DNA from: Raillietiella orientalis
Lineage: Eukaryota
NCBI GenBank assembly: GCA_036172245.1
Contig: JAYWIR010000035.1
Location: 372,001 to 436,000, forward strand
DNA length: 64,000 nucleotides
Direction of reading: 5' to 3'
Positions within the stretch are counted from its first letter, which is position 1. Each line of letters starts with the position of its first letter. Positions 27,335 through 40,668 of the stretch are shown here, in pieces. Position numbers and translations under genes: made by a program. Under the pieces are notes generated by a model. It did not search any database and was not told where the DNA came from. It was given only the letters and a program-made list of their open reading frames with translations.

Positions 27335-30300
27335 TCATTCTAAGGAACCTAATAAATCAGCACATTCCTCATTTGTGTCATCTTCATCTTCAAATTCTTG
27401 AGCATCTTCATACTTTGATAATAGTTCATGCTTGAATGCTGTGTGGGACAAGTCCACCTCAATAGGAAAAAAATGACGATTTTTCAGGATTTCCAGACAG
27501 TGATCGTAATACTTCGCTAAACCAGTCACAAACCGTTGTAGTTGCAAAACAATGTCTTGTACATGTTTATTATCCAAGAGCTCCAGTTTTTCCAAAACAT
27601 CCTTTCTCAATTTAGCGAACTGATTACGAGCTTCTTGCCTACATCGAAGAACTAAGCGATATTCATAATTTCCGGTTTCTAGTCGGTATAGTGGTTCCTG
27701 TATGGCCATGTAATTATATTCCTCATCATCCATTTCTTTCACTTTCAAACAGTAAGAAAGATATTCAAACTTGGTATCGGCATACTTCTTAATTGTTAAA
27801 CGAGTATCGGGAATTGCTTTTGTTATGTAGGTGCTCATTCCCGATAGGATCTCAAATTAAAAAATATTTGAAAGGTACTTCAAAAATGGTCTTACAAGTT
27901 TCGAGCCTTGTAGAAACTGAATTCCTGCTTTTTCCATCTGGCGATGCACATTTCCAAATTGGCTAAACACTTCACTAGCAGTTGGATGAGGTTCCCGGAC
28001 ACCAATAGCAGAAAAGCATTCTCCAAAGGCTTATGGGGAAGCTTGAAAATGCAGAACAATAGTACTTACCCTTGTAAACTTGCATGAGATGAAAAAAGGA
28101 CTTGAATACTTTTTTTGTTTGTTCCATTATCCCTTTGTACATTTGTTCCGTCTTGTCTAATTCATTCAGCCTTTTTACGAGACTATCATTACAAAGAATT
28201 GCTCTGCTGAGCCCCAAGGCATCAGCTACAGAACTACTCATGTTTTCCACAAGACGATGTTTAACTTTCTTCAAAACTAAAAGAAAACAAAACAAAGCAT
28301 GAACACCACGACATTATATCATTAACATATTTCAACGATTTGAATTTCTTAAATCATCAATGGTTCGACCATAAAATAATCAGTATGAAACAATTCAAAT
28401 AAATTAGGTATCTCGAAACCACAAATCTAAATCCATTTGAATCGTGATTACTCATTGTTTACTGAAATACCTGGATAAGAATTAAACCTAATAATATGGA
28501 TTCAAATTATGTATAATTTCCAAAGCATTTCACCAGCTTGCAGTTTTAAATCTTATGTACTGAAATAATGACTTGTTTTGGGGTAAGCCTTCATCCGTAG
28601 TAACTCATTTTCCGGAAATCTGCCCTCTGATTCAAGTTTTATTCTTCTGGTAGTAGGCACCACGGTTTTTTAGGTTTTCTAAATTTAGATTATGTACATT
28701 GTAGTTCTAAAATTCGACTCTTGTGACAGGGACTTGATCTTGATCTTGTGCTTGACTGCTCCAACATATACTGTTGCAAAACTGCTAGTAAATCATGTTA
28801 TAAACGTAACTTCATTATAATTGAAAAAAAGAAATTCAAAGATGCCTGGTGATGCAGGATCAAATTAATCAATATATTAAACTTCAGCTTGCAATTTTCT
28901 TCATGGTTTTCATAGAAGTAACATCAAGCTATAAATATCAAGACTGCAATCCCATTGTACATGAAAACCATACAGATATATACAAAGGGTGTAACTGGGT
29001 TGATGCAAACCATTTTTTAAACATGCAATCTCAAAGACAGTTATGTATAACCTAGTTGAGTTCAAACTGGTGCTTTTACGATTAACTTAACATTAAATAT
29101 GTCGAAATTTATTGCTAAAATTTTCATGAAATTCAGAACATAAATTTCGGAAAACGTAATTTTCTAAATCCCTCTTTAAAATAGCAGAAACTGCCAAAAT
29201 TTCCAATCAGCTCTGATCTTTCTTATCAAACAAACATGTGAAAATGTCATACAGTAAACATTTTGTGCAAAATTACAGACTGCACATATTTCTCATGGAA
29301 ATTTACGCATAATCTCTTTTGCTAACAGAAGGTTCAATATGGACTAAATTAGCCAGTGCAGTCAAATGACAATATATTTTGTGTGCAGAATTTCCCTGAT
29401 ATATATGTTAAGAAAATGTCCTGAATCTGTAATACCAAATTGCTCCACTCAATATTAAATCAGCAATATAAGATTCACCCTCTGATAGCAATCACTACAA
29501 ACTTAGCTGGAAACAGCAAAACATTACTCACTTTACTTTAGTAGCAATTATGACAAAAGTGTCTACAAACAATAAAAAAAAGAGATGAACTGTTTAAAAA
29601 ATCTCAAGTTCATTCAAATCTATCATTAATGTACCTGAATGAAAGAAAAAGAAATACTTCAGCCACAACTATACTAAATCTATGCCATATCAAAGAAACA
29701 CTGCAATTATCTCGTTAATTTTAAAAGCATCCTTATGGTCACTGAAAATTTATACTTTCAAATCCACTTATTTTACCAGCCAATTGTCTTTATGTTATAT
29801 TTTAAATTTTAGAAATGTGATTAAATCTGCATATTGCAACTTGGCAAGATTTCATACTTCATCAGAAAAATCATTTGATTGAAACAATTTCACACTGATT
29901 TACGTATTTCCGCATTTAATCGAAACTGAAACTTCATTCATGAGAACACAATCACGTATTAACCATTAAAAGCAAACTAATCTAACGCACAACAGATCCT
30001 AGCAGCATATTCAGCAAACAATACAACAAAATGAAGAAAGCACAAAATTCTGATGCAATAAATCTTAGGTTCTTTTCGTCATATCAGTAGAAAGAGTGAT
30101 TTTTAAGACAAATGATCATAAATCTTGCATCACTTTCATACATTAATAGAAGAATAAGTGTATGAAAACAAAATTAGCAAGCACTTAGATTAGATGAAAA
30201 GACAATTTGGGGAGTGGATGGAGCTCTTATTTAGTTAGAGATAAAAAAGTTTCACTAAACATGGTGAAAATTAGTTCAGCTAAATCCTGTTCCTGGGATT

Positions 30301-33300
30301 TCATAAACAAACATTTGTTTAATTCTAACGAACCCTTATTACTGATTACCCTTGAACATAATTGCATGCAAATCACCTTGGTTTCCAAAAAATATGGGCA
30401 AATTATAACAATGTGAACTTGATAACTCCATTTTGTTGGTGACAGAAAACCATCAGAAATACAAATGTACTTTCACATCATCCATAGTTCTGAAGTTCTC
30501 CTTACCTGCTTTGTGGATTAAAAAAAAAAAATCACAAAGCTTACTGTAGATGTCATTAATTTATAAAACTCATTTGTAAACAAATCAAAGTGAAAAACAG
30601 AACTTCAAGGTCTAAAACCTTCAGGCTGAAAGTTCTGTTGATCAAAATGCCTAAAAGTCTTGAACCTGATATAAATATGTATTTCAAACATAAATGAACG
30701 AATATTCCTTTTTGAAACATCCTCTCTGCATCATCAACCAAAGTGCATTCTGATTCACAATGCAAAAGAAATGTTATTTGATGTATTCTTTAAGCTTGGA
30801 ATCAGAGAGTTATAATATTTCCTAACACATATGGTGCACATACGTTAGCTGCATTACGTATTTATTAAATATCAAGGTCCCATCACATGTCACAGACAGC
30901 ATAATTTCCCAGATGATTAGTAAGCTACAACATACTGTAGAAAGTGCTGTAGATCAGGAGTTGCAAGGAAATTGGAATTCCTTTCAAAATGATAATCAAT
31001 GATGAAAAGGTGATCAAATTGTGCCAAAGTTTTGAGTAGAAATTTGGGGAAAAACGCAAAATAGAAATATGAATCATTTGGAATATAAAGCTGGTAATCG
31101 GAAACTAAAATCGGAAACGATGGTGAAAACTGATGAAACAAAAATCAAACGGAAAGAGGAATTGACAAGCTTACATTTAACAGAATCTGTAAACAGTATG
31201 AGATGCGGTAATTTTTTTACTTTACGCCGATAATGTATATATCTATAAATCAAAAACTTTTATGCAACTTTCTCTAGAAAGTTCACAGCATATCAAAACG
31301 AAATAAATATAAAGATACACAAATGAATGATTGGTTCCCCCAAATTACTTTTTTGTAATATAATCTTTTGCACATAATTAGTTTTGAAATAGGAGAAATT
31401 AAGCTTACTGATATCGAGACTCTTTCCTTGCTTAGGGTCAGCATGCAGTTTGTTATAATTAATAATTACAGATCCCTGAAAAGTAGTTTACTTTTTAAAT
31501 ATTTTGCAATATAACATGGAACAAGAACAACATTATATGCTATTCTATTTTCGTAATAAAACCTTTTTTAACTAAACAAAATCAAAATTGCTTAGGTTAT
31601 CTGGGAAATACTTAAAACCAACTATAGAATTTCCATTCAAAATATCTTGCAAATGCTTTTTTGCATGTGACAGTATTCAATGAATCAATTGCTTTGAAAA
31701 TATGAACCAGAGATCTAGACTATCCAATCCTACATAAATTCTCTCATGTAAAGTAACTGAATACATATGACGGATTTAAATTCATTGAAAGTCATGCGTA
31801 TCAAATCTACATCTGTTTGGATTTCCATCACATGGATTTAATTCATTACTTAGCCCAAACCTTTGTTGTATTATTACCTTTGCTCATAAGTGATGAACAG
31901 AACAGAACATATGGAAAATTTAGGTTTGTCAGAAGCATTTCTTCAAAACACAAAAAGGATAGAAATCTATGAGATACTTCATACACTAACATTTCTCATA
32001 AATCTATCAAATTAATTACAATAATATTTACATTGTTTTATTAACCTGTTAAGAACAAAAACACATAACTGGGATTTATAAACCGACTTGTATTTAGAGA
32101 AAGTTTTGAAAATGCCATTGCACATTTAATTACATGTAAGAATACTTAAAAAATGATGAAAAGATACAGGTGTCTCATTTAAAATAACAACAACCTTAAA
32201 GAATATTAACAAATGTGCAAATTTGCAAAGCAAAACCAAAGCATTAATTACCAATTAATTTGGGAAAAATTCGACGAAAATTAGGGCCAAAAATCAAACT
32301 ACGAATCTTGTTGCACGATATCACCGAACAAGAATCTACTTTAGGTATCTCAACTTATAAGTTAACTAAAAACAAGGCATACTAACCATCAAATAGGGGC
32401 AGTATGTTAGAACCTTCGTATATTTAGATTTAAAAGTGAAGGATTTTTGCATATTGCTATTATTCTTAAAATATCTCAGAATGAATGATGTATTTCAACA
32501 TTATTCCGAAATTTTGATCCGCTTCATTGTGACATGTATCAAGAACTTCAATTTGTTACTTTTCTTATCAACTTAAAAGTCTTACAATTATTCAAAAATC
32601 ATATACTAGCTCATATAAAGTTTGACCACCAAAGTGGTTAACCCATTTTGCTCACAAAGACTATATTTTCTAACTTGTTTCTTTTACTGAAATCACTGTC
32701 CATGAAATTGCACTCATATTCTTGTAATGCTTCTTGAATTTGTGATGAATGGCATTATAGCATTATAACTTCTTACATAAAAACCGTTCTTTTTAAAAGA
32801 AACTTTTGTAGATGCTAAATAAGAACAAAAGTGACATGAGCAAAAACATAAAAATAAAAATACAGTACAAAACACAAAAGAAATAAGTGACATTCACAAC
32901 TTAATAAACATTTAAATCATTTTTTTAAATTAGAAAGTCTGACACCAAATATTCTGACACAGGAAGTGAAAAAAATTCCATAAGGAAAAATCAAAGCCTA
33001 CATCTCGGATTAATGAGATGCCTTGAAAGTAGAAAAAAAATTGAACAGTAATACATTGAAAAAAGTGTTCAAAACATTCTCAAAGTTGAGTAGACAACTG
33101 CAAAAGTAGCATTAACATCAAACAAAAATTTAATAACAAATGAAAAAATGACACACAAAAAACACAACAAACAAACAAACAAAAGACAAGAAAAGTACGA
33201 TATCGTTATAAATTTATTTTTACTCATGAATTTCTCAAGAATCACTGTGTTGCTCTGTTTGTTTTTACTACTTTTTTTGCATTACAATTATTTAATATTA

Positions 33301-35836
33301 TATTAATAGTCAATATAATGTTATAACAAAACATAATATTTGTCATTAATAATATAATTCATAAATTGTAATAAGTTTTAGGGAGCAGTTGGTTCTCAAT
33401 TACAGTTTCAATACTTTGCAAGAAAGCGAAAATTTTAATTGGCTTTATCAAACTGAATCACTTCTGACAGAGAAGAATTCAGTTATCATTTTTGAGATTT
33501 ATGGATCTTTCCCCACCTATTACCTACACTGACTGATGGGGATGTCACTTTCTGAACAATGCAATATTCTACATACATAAAAGTGGAATATAATCTGCAA
33601 ATAAAAAAAAATCGTTAAACCACAAAAATAAATCACAAAAAATAAAAATAAAGTTGAAAAGAACAAAAATAAACTGATTATCTGGAAATTACAAAGATTC
33701 TTAAATAGGCACTTGAAAAATAGCCTTTCTTTCAATGCATTGGGGGTAATTATCTGCTAACCAGCTGTAGACACATGCCAAACAAACAAACAAACCTTTT
33801 AAATCAAACTTGTAGAATTTTTCAGACATCAACAATGAAGCTACAGATGCTTGTATTTCAGTTATAAGTAGGGAAACAACAAAAACGCAATATGAGAGAG
33901 CACAATTCTGAGTAACAAAACAATTTGGCTTATAGTTTTTGAAGAGTTGCTAAATAGGAAACTATGCTAAGATCCTGATGTAAGTTTTATCCTGATATTA
34001 AGCAATATCATCCTCAAACTTATATGAAGAAAAGTATTGAATATGTATCCAAACTCATAAGTAAACCTTCTACAAATATTGTGATTTAAGTAAACTTTAA
34101 ATAAATAAGACTATGGTTTTCCTTATAAATAAAATCAGTGCCTCAACTTCAGCTGCTAAAAACTGTATAGGATATGATTAGTACTGGTCACCCAAATTCC
34201 ACCTACAAACTTGTTTCAAAACATTACTCAGAGTGTATTTACTGTCTTGAGTTGTAACATATCTAGAAAATTTTGAAGTCTTTAAAAACCTTTGCAAATT
34301 GGATGCACAAATTGGAGAGGCTCTTGATTGCAACTGTTATATTTGTAAGATGAGATTGAGATAATTTTTTTTTCTTTGAAATATCAAAGTACAATTAGAT
34401 GTAAAGTTGATATCAAGGTATTCGCTGTGATAAATAAATACTTGATATGATTACCATTTGTTAAGCTTTATAATGATAATATCAAAAATCCAAACAGAAA
34501 ATTCTCCAACAAACATACTATGGTTTGCAGCAAGATTTGCATACTTGTTATCTGCCTTATATAATATAAAAACTCTTTTTTAAATCAGAAAATACTTTTA
34601 ATTTACTATCGCTTAATTCTAATTTAATTTAATTTTTTACTTGAAAATCCAAAAAAAAGTTTATCATTACTAAGCTCCCTGGACCTCAGTTTTTTGGTTT
34701 TTTTTAGTGCACACATTGTATTTTCACCAAATAAGAACTTGAGCACTTACACATACAAAAAAGAATGTTTAGATATGCTATATTAACACTAGCTGGTTGA
34801 ATATGCAGATGAACTATTTTGAATCAGCACTTATTTAAACTTTATACAAATGTCTTGACTATTTTGAGAAAAACATGTTTTGGATATTTTGTGATTCAAT
34901 ACGTATTTACTAGGAAGTGAAGCATCAGATGTAAAGACACCATCCATGTGGCCTATCCTACAGATAACATGTACTTTTTTTCCAAGGTATAACCTACAAG
35001 ACGAAGTCATTTCCATTATACATGTTTGCAAGTAGCAACAAAACACTAGATTAGTCACCACTATATTTGTTAGAAAATATACCATGTCATGTCATGTGAA
35101 TGGAAATTGATTACCACACTTCAAAAATCTCAGAAGAAATCAACCTAACTTCAGTTTTCTATTACATGCAAGTATTTGACTTTGTTAGTATGATAAAAAT
35201 AACTGGATTACTGTAAAATTTACCAAGAAACTATACTTGAAACGTATATAAGCATTTGAACTACTCAGCATGCATCTTTCTCATCATGTAACTAGTTTGT
35301 ATAATTACTCATTTAGCACACAAGATGAGATATGTACATCTCCATTTTTGGTCTGAAAGCCTCTAGATCATAACATCCAGAAATGCTTTTCAAAAATAAA
35401 AAACTTTTATGTAAATAAGCATTTCAAGTTATACGCTACCTCAGATGACTGAATCATTCTTGCAACATCAACTTTTGTTTTTCCTTTTACGGAAATTCCA
35501 TTAACCCCAACTATTTCATCTCCACTTTGGAGGCTTCCATCCTGGGATGCAGGTGTGTTATCAAACACCTAACATCTTTATAAAACAAGGATGCATCAAA
35601 AAGGGCACATGTACCTGCACAATATATAGACATGGGCAAAATAAGGCCCCTCCACCAATACTAATACCAATTAAATTGCTTTCATCTTTCTGGATCTTCA
35701 CACATCCAGATGTTATTGTCATACCCCTGAAACATGAAGAGGTTACTATACAATACGAGTAGATAGCTTTTAACTGATACTCCAATTCGGTATTTACGTA
35801 CATACGGTCTTCATACATCGTTTCTAAGTCTATCAT
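27335..35836 (-). CDS. PICK1: PRKCA-binding protein (PDZ + BAR/arfaptin homology domain); exons approx. 35836-35802, 35726-35615, 35568-35440, 31475-31409, 28276-28070, 28029-27896, 27850-27335
   Basis: MIDLETMYEDRMGMTITSG; PDZ (KDESNLIGISIGGGALFCPCLYIVQVFDNTPA); YNKLHADPKQGKSLDI; LKKVKHRLVENMSSSVADALGLSRAILCND; KAIPDTRLTIKKYADTKFEYLSYCLKVKEMDDEE; acidic C-terminal tail. Confidence 0.96.
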
Positions 35837-36569
35837 GACTTCTAACAGTAAAGAAAACACCAGGAGTCTTTTCAGGTATCATAAAAATATTTCTAAAACA
35901 TAAAAAAACCTTCAATTATTACCATTTTATTCGAAAACTCCAAATTTTTTTTTAAATCATATTATTTACAAATATGATTTTAAAAGCCAACAAATGCAAA
36001 AGCTTGAAAAATACTCTAAACATGCACTTCACTTCCGCTTTTGCAAACTGCAATTTACGCAAAAAAAGCACATGCACCAAAGTTTATGAAGTAAAACGGG
36101 GTTAAAACAACTGATCGCACAGGTTACCTTCCCTTTTTAACCTCGAACCCAGAAAAAACAAATGATAGGCTCCAAAGTTCCCAAGAGTTCACACATAAGT
36201 TTGTTCTCAAATATGACTGAAACTCCATGTATATGAACACGCAAATTAAATACAATAATACGCAAGGGCTCATACGTACACTACCGATTAGGTGGATACA
36301 GATACTGAAAATCTACAGTTCAACTCAGTGTGTGTATTACACCCAGTACGGAATCCGTGTGTACCTATTTCCATTGAATATACGAACATACTCAGTAATT
36401 TTTTTAAAAAAGCTGAAATTACAGTTGATGAGATTCGTGTTGTCAAGTAGTTAAATCAAACCTCTACTTGTTGGCGATACAGAATTATACTACTTCATAA
36501 GGAAGTAGAGTAAAAAGGAGTATACAAACAGATGAAACAATTCGACCATCTTCACCTGTGTCATCCCGT

Positions 36570-37010
36570 GTTTCCAAATGTCATTCCATTGCGGGTAGTG
36601 GTCCATCTATTGTTTCCGATTACACCCCAGGAATATTGTACGTTCGAGCACACGATGTTTTTTCTGCTGTGCTCTTCTCGGAAATCTTCAATTCCCCTAA
36701 CACCCCAACGTTTGCCGGATCCCCGAATCCCGGAAATCCTTCTACGGTTCCCTCAAGGTTGCAGGCAAAATGGAAAGCCATTCCTCGATGCTTGCTCTTT
36801 TGCCTAACTTCTGCCAACGCTGTTGATGCATAATCGTAAGGACAAACGCCGACTAGCATGACTCCCTTCCTTCCATCCTGGAGAACTAGGTTTGCTATTT
36901 ACTTTGAGCTTGTTCACTCAATGGTCTGGATGGCAGTCATCAGCTTTCGGTGTTTCAAGGTGGTCTTCTTGATCGGGGTCAGCAGCTTTTCGTGCATCCG
37001 TTATCATGGT
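36570..37010 (-). mobile_element. Second decayed RLE-type (NeSL/Utopia-like) retrotransposon 3' fragment
   Basis: KLLTPIKK...GVMLVGVCPYDYASTALAEVRQKSKH...GDPANVGVLGELKISEK resembles the RLE tail 'IDVTCPFE...ARQ.K..KY...WDPAN..VL..L.IS.KY'. Shares nucleotide blocks with the 2.2-2.9 kb copy (tggaaagcca, caacgctgttgatg, tgtacgttcgag). Confidence 0.55.
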
Positions 37011-39945
37011 ACAACGTTTGTTTAAAACGACCATTAAAAATTCCAATTGAACAGAAGATAAGGATCTTATGTAAGAGTTAGGTTTTCTCATTTTTCCGAA
37101 TTTGTAGTTTGTTTGAAAGTCTTAACGAATATGGTTCTTATCATAAAGTTAGATAATTCGAAATAAATGGGTGTGATATAAAACAAGGGATTCCGTTAAT
37201 CTTGGATGCATAATACAAATCCTTTGGCATAGTGATATATTATCCATAAATACAAAGACAATAACATTTCTATTCTGACTTCTGTGAACAAGTGCTGGTG
37301 CTTCCTTTTTATTATGTGTTCATTTTTCCAGTTTCATTTTATTCGGCCTCAGTCAATAATCATTTTTCCATTTCGTAGGAGTCCCAGTTATTAATTCTTG
37401 GAAACGATATAACGAAAAATAGAGCAGTGGAAGATGCTTGACAATTGTAATAACATTTGTGATTTATTAAGCTTTGTTGATCAAAAGTCATGAGTAATGC
37501 TCGTTCTCATCAATGCATCATTACCATAGTTATAATTCCGTTTCACGTTTAGGGGAAACTATGACTTTATGTCAGTTTGGGGATAGGTCGGGCTCGATGT
37601 ACTACTGGAGATCAAGTGCATGATTGACACGCTGACTATTCTAATAATTTGAGCGAGCGCCTAATAAACGGCAATGACGACGATCTCACCGATGACATTC
37701 TTGAACTGTAGAATTCTGTTTCTCACTGTTTCAATAAATGGTTATTCAAGCATTTTTTGAACAGATGTTACTTTTTTTTTTTATTACTGATATTCTCGAA
37801 ACAGAGTTCAGGCATATTGTGAACATTACTAACACTTGATGAGACAAGCACTGCATCTGTCAGAAACTCAAAATGTGTCTTTGTTTTTAAAAAAGAGCTT
37901 AAGCTTCTGCAAATCCAAGTATTTAATTTTCTAAGAGTTAAATATGTCGCATGCTGGTAGAATCTTGGAAAAAACACTTTGGAAGTCCAATTGGTTAGGT
38001 TTTAATTTATTCTGTGAGCAACTAAATTCTCAAATTCGTTTATCGACACTGGCACTAATAGGATTCCATATAGTTCTACTTTCCTGATTTTCTTATTGAA
38101 ATATAATTATGCTCATAATTTGAATTAGCATGCACAAATTTGGTGTCTCCCGATTGCAGATTAGTATTAGTATCGAAATACTATTGGCAGCGTGAATATA
38201 TCCGTGTTAGCTGCACAGAGGTTGATTCAAATGATCTTTTTTATATACGAACTATATACGTGTTTGATATCTTTCGAATATGTGTTTTTGGTAGTTTGCA
38301 GTTTCATGATGCTATTGATTTTCATCTCTTTTCCCATCCGTTATACTGATCTAACAATTCTCATGGGTTCTCGAGTGCTTGAAGTTCACGTAGGTCCTAA
38401 CTCACGTCGCTGTTCAACATTAAGTAACTACTGAAAATTGAGCTCATTGATTTGAACTTTCCTGACCATTCTCGGGATTCAAGTTCGAGGACATCATGAC
38501 AACCTCTACCTGAATTTTAGATTTGTGTTAATTTTTGCTTTCCAAATTTTACCGATGGTTCATCCGTTTAAGTGTCTGACGAATTTTAGTAGCAAAAGAG
38601 GTATGAATTGCATTTAAGTTGGTCAAAAGAAAGGAAAAAACTAGGCATCGACCGTAGTTCCTCTCAATAGGTAATTGATATCTGTGGGTGCTGATTAATT
38701 CGTTTAAAACAAGGTGGATGGCTTTGAATCGGTTAAAAATTCAAGTTAAAGCCACAGGTTTTCGTATTCACAGAATATTATACTTACTACTAGTTGCCAT
38801 GAAAACATAAATGGTTTCTTGAATAAAAATAATTGTAGTACTTGGTATAAATAGTAACCGTTTAATGTGTCCAGTATTTCTTTGTAAAAAATTTATGAAT
38901 ATTAGATCGAAATTCTAAGTCTAGTTGTTTATCTATATAATCTTGCTTTCAATTGTATTGTGGTGTGATGGTGTAACACTTTGAGTCGGCCTTTACTATA
39001 TCAGTCGTTCAAGTTTAATAGCTTATTTAAGCATGTTGGTATTATATATTCTAGTGGTAGACGGTTCCTGTTCCTAATTTTTTAAAGCCAGTTTGATAAT
39101 GGCAATAATATACTTTGGATGAAATGTGTTAAGGCAAGTATATGTGGCATGTGCTTGCCATGGCACACTCACCACCTATCTGGAATTCTTGATAAAATCT
39201 TCAAGTAATCCATTAAAAGTACAGTAGCATTTGTAAAAAGAAATTAAGGAAAACAGTAGTACAGCCTCAGAAAATTTAGGATGTGCCTGCATCAAGTACC
39301 AAAGTTGAGCGTTTGCAGGGATCTGCATCAAGATGAAACAATAATATTCCGGGAAACATTCCGACCTACAGTGAGTTCAAATCCCCTGCTTTTATGAGTG
39401 CATTAGAATAATTATATAGTAAGATAAAATTATCGAAAATAATTTAGATCTGGTGCAAGGTAAGTCGAGAGTTGTTCATCTTAGGGCTTAATGTTGTAAC
39501 GTTTTTATTTTCAATTAATGTTCCTGAAATAGGATTAATTAACAGTTCATTGCATAGATGCATTAATAGAGAACAAAGAATAACTATTACACAAAAAGGA
39601 GGAAAATTAAATTACACTTCATGATAACAGCTAAATAATAAGCATAAATAATTCCAACATTTTTTTGTGTGTTTTAGCACATGGATAGTTTTTATTAAAA
39701 CTGCCAATGTGTGTATATGTATTGTGGAAAAGGTCTTTAATAAAGTACACAGCCTCACAGTCTTGTAAACTTTGTGAAATTGTACACATTAATGTTCTTG
39801 TGATGTGGTGCTTCCACTTGTTAAAGCTACATAGATCCTTAAACGGGTTTTTTCCTTATAATAGTGTATAAACTCCAACCAACATGGGATTTTGGTTATT
39901 CAATTTGTAAACGTGCGTTTTAAATAAAATGAAATTAGACTGAGA

Positions 39946-40668
39946 TTAAAAATCATTTTTTTGGTGGTCACTAAAAACATTTCCAAGCATTGTTTTAATC
40001 AACAAATCATCTGTTAGCTGATATGCTGTTTCTTTTTCATTGTTTTGTGCTTCAGAATCAGCACCACTACTCAAAAGTAGTTTTACAATTTCAACATGGT
40101 TACAAGAGGCTGCATAATGCAATGGTGTTTGTTTCTCAATATCTTCAGCATTTACATTAGCACCATGTTTAATTAAAAGTTCAACAATTCGCAAATTTCC
40201 TCGATCACTGGCCCAATGTAAAAGAGTCATTTGGGAAGAATCCGATAAATTTGGATTGTTATGTTCATTATTCAACCAATCAGTTACCTTACATTCATTC
40301 CCATTCTTAACCCAATCAAAAATATCATCATCACATATGTCTGAGGGAGCAAGCATTCTACTTACTGCCACTCCAAGCAATTGCTTTTTTTCCACATCTG
40401 TGTATTGCCAATTTGGATCAATTTGCTGAACCATTTGTATATACCTTTCTCTGGCTTCGTTTTGACTTAATTTACTAACATCTTTCCATGCTTTCCATTT
40501 TTTTTTGGCCTGAATATCAAATATTCTAGGTGAAGATAGGGTGCATGGTCCTTCTCTAGCTTGTTTATACAGTCCATACAAATCAAGTAATTGATGCTTG
40601 TCCAATTTGTCCACTAAAATTTTTATATGTTCAGCAGCACTTTCAAAGATTTCCACAGTATCATTCAT
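39946..40668 (-). CDS. ACBD6: Acyl-CoA-binding domain + ankyrin-repeat protein (ACBD6-like), 240 aa, intronless CDS
   Basis: ACB domain (FESAA...LLDLYGLYKQAREGPC...KKWKAWK...ARERYI...DPNW), linker GVAVSRM, then ankyrin repeats (TLLHWASDRGN, QTPLHYAASCNH). Uninterrupted ORF. Confidence 0.93.
   Translation of the reverse strand: MNDTVEIFESAAEHIKILVDKLDKHQLLDLYGLYKQAREGPCTLSSPRIFDIQAKKKWKAWKDVSKLSQNEARERYIQMVQQIDPNWQYTDVEKKQLLGVAVSRMLAPSDICDDDIFDWVKNGNECKVTDWLNNEHNNPNLSDSSQMTLLHWASDRGNLRIVELLIKHGANVNAEDIEKQTPLHYAASCNHVEIVKLLLSSGADSEAQNNEKETAYQLTDDLLIKTMLGNVFSDHQKNDF

Noticed and set aside
28277..35439. Two long PICK1 introns (about 3.1 and 4.0 kb) checked for nested genes and snoRNAs
   Set aside because: No convincing ORF, properly spaced C/D box pair or known miRNA was seen; H/ACA RNAs cannot be excluded by eye.
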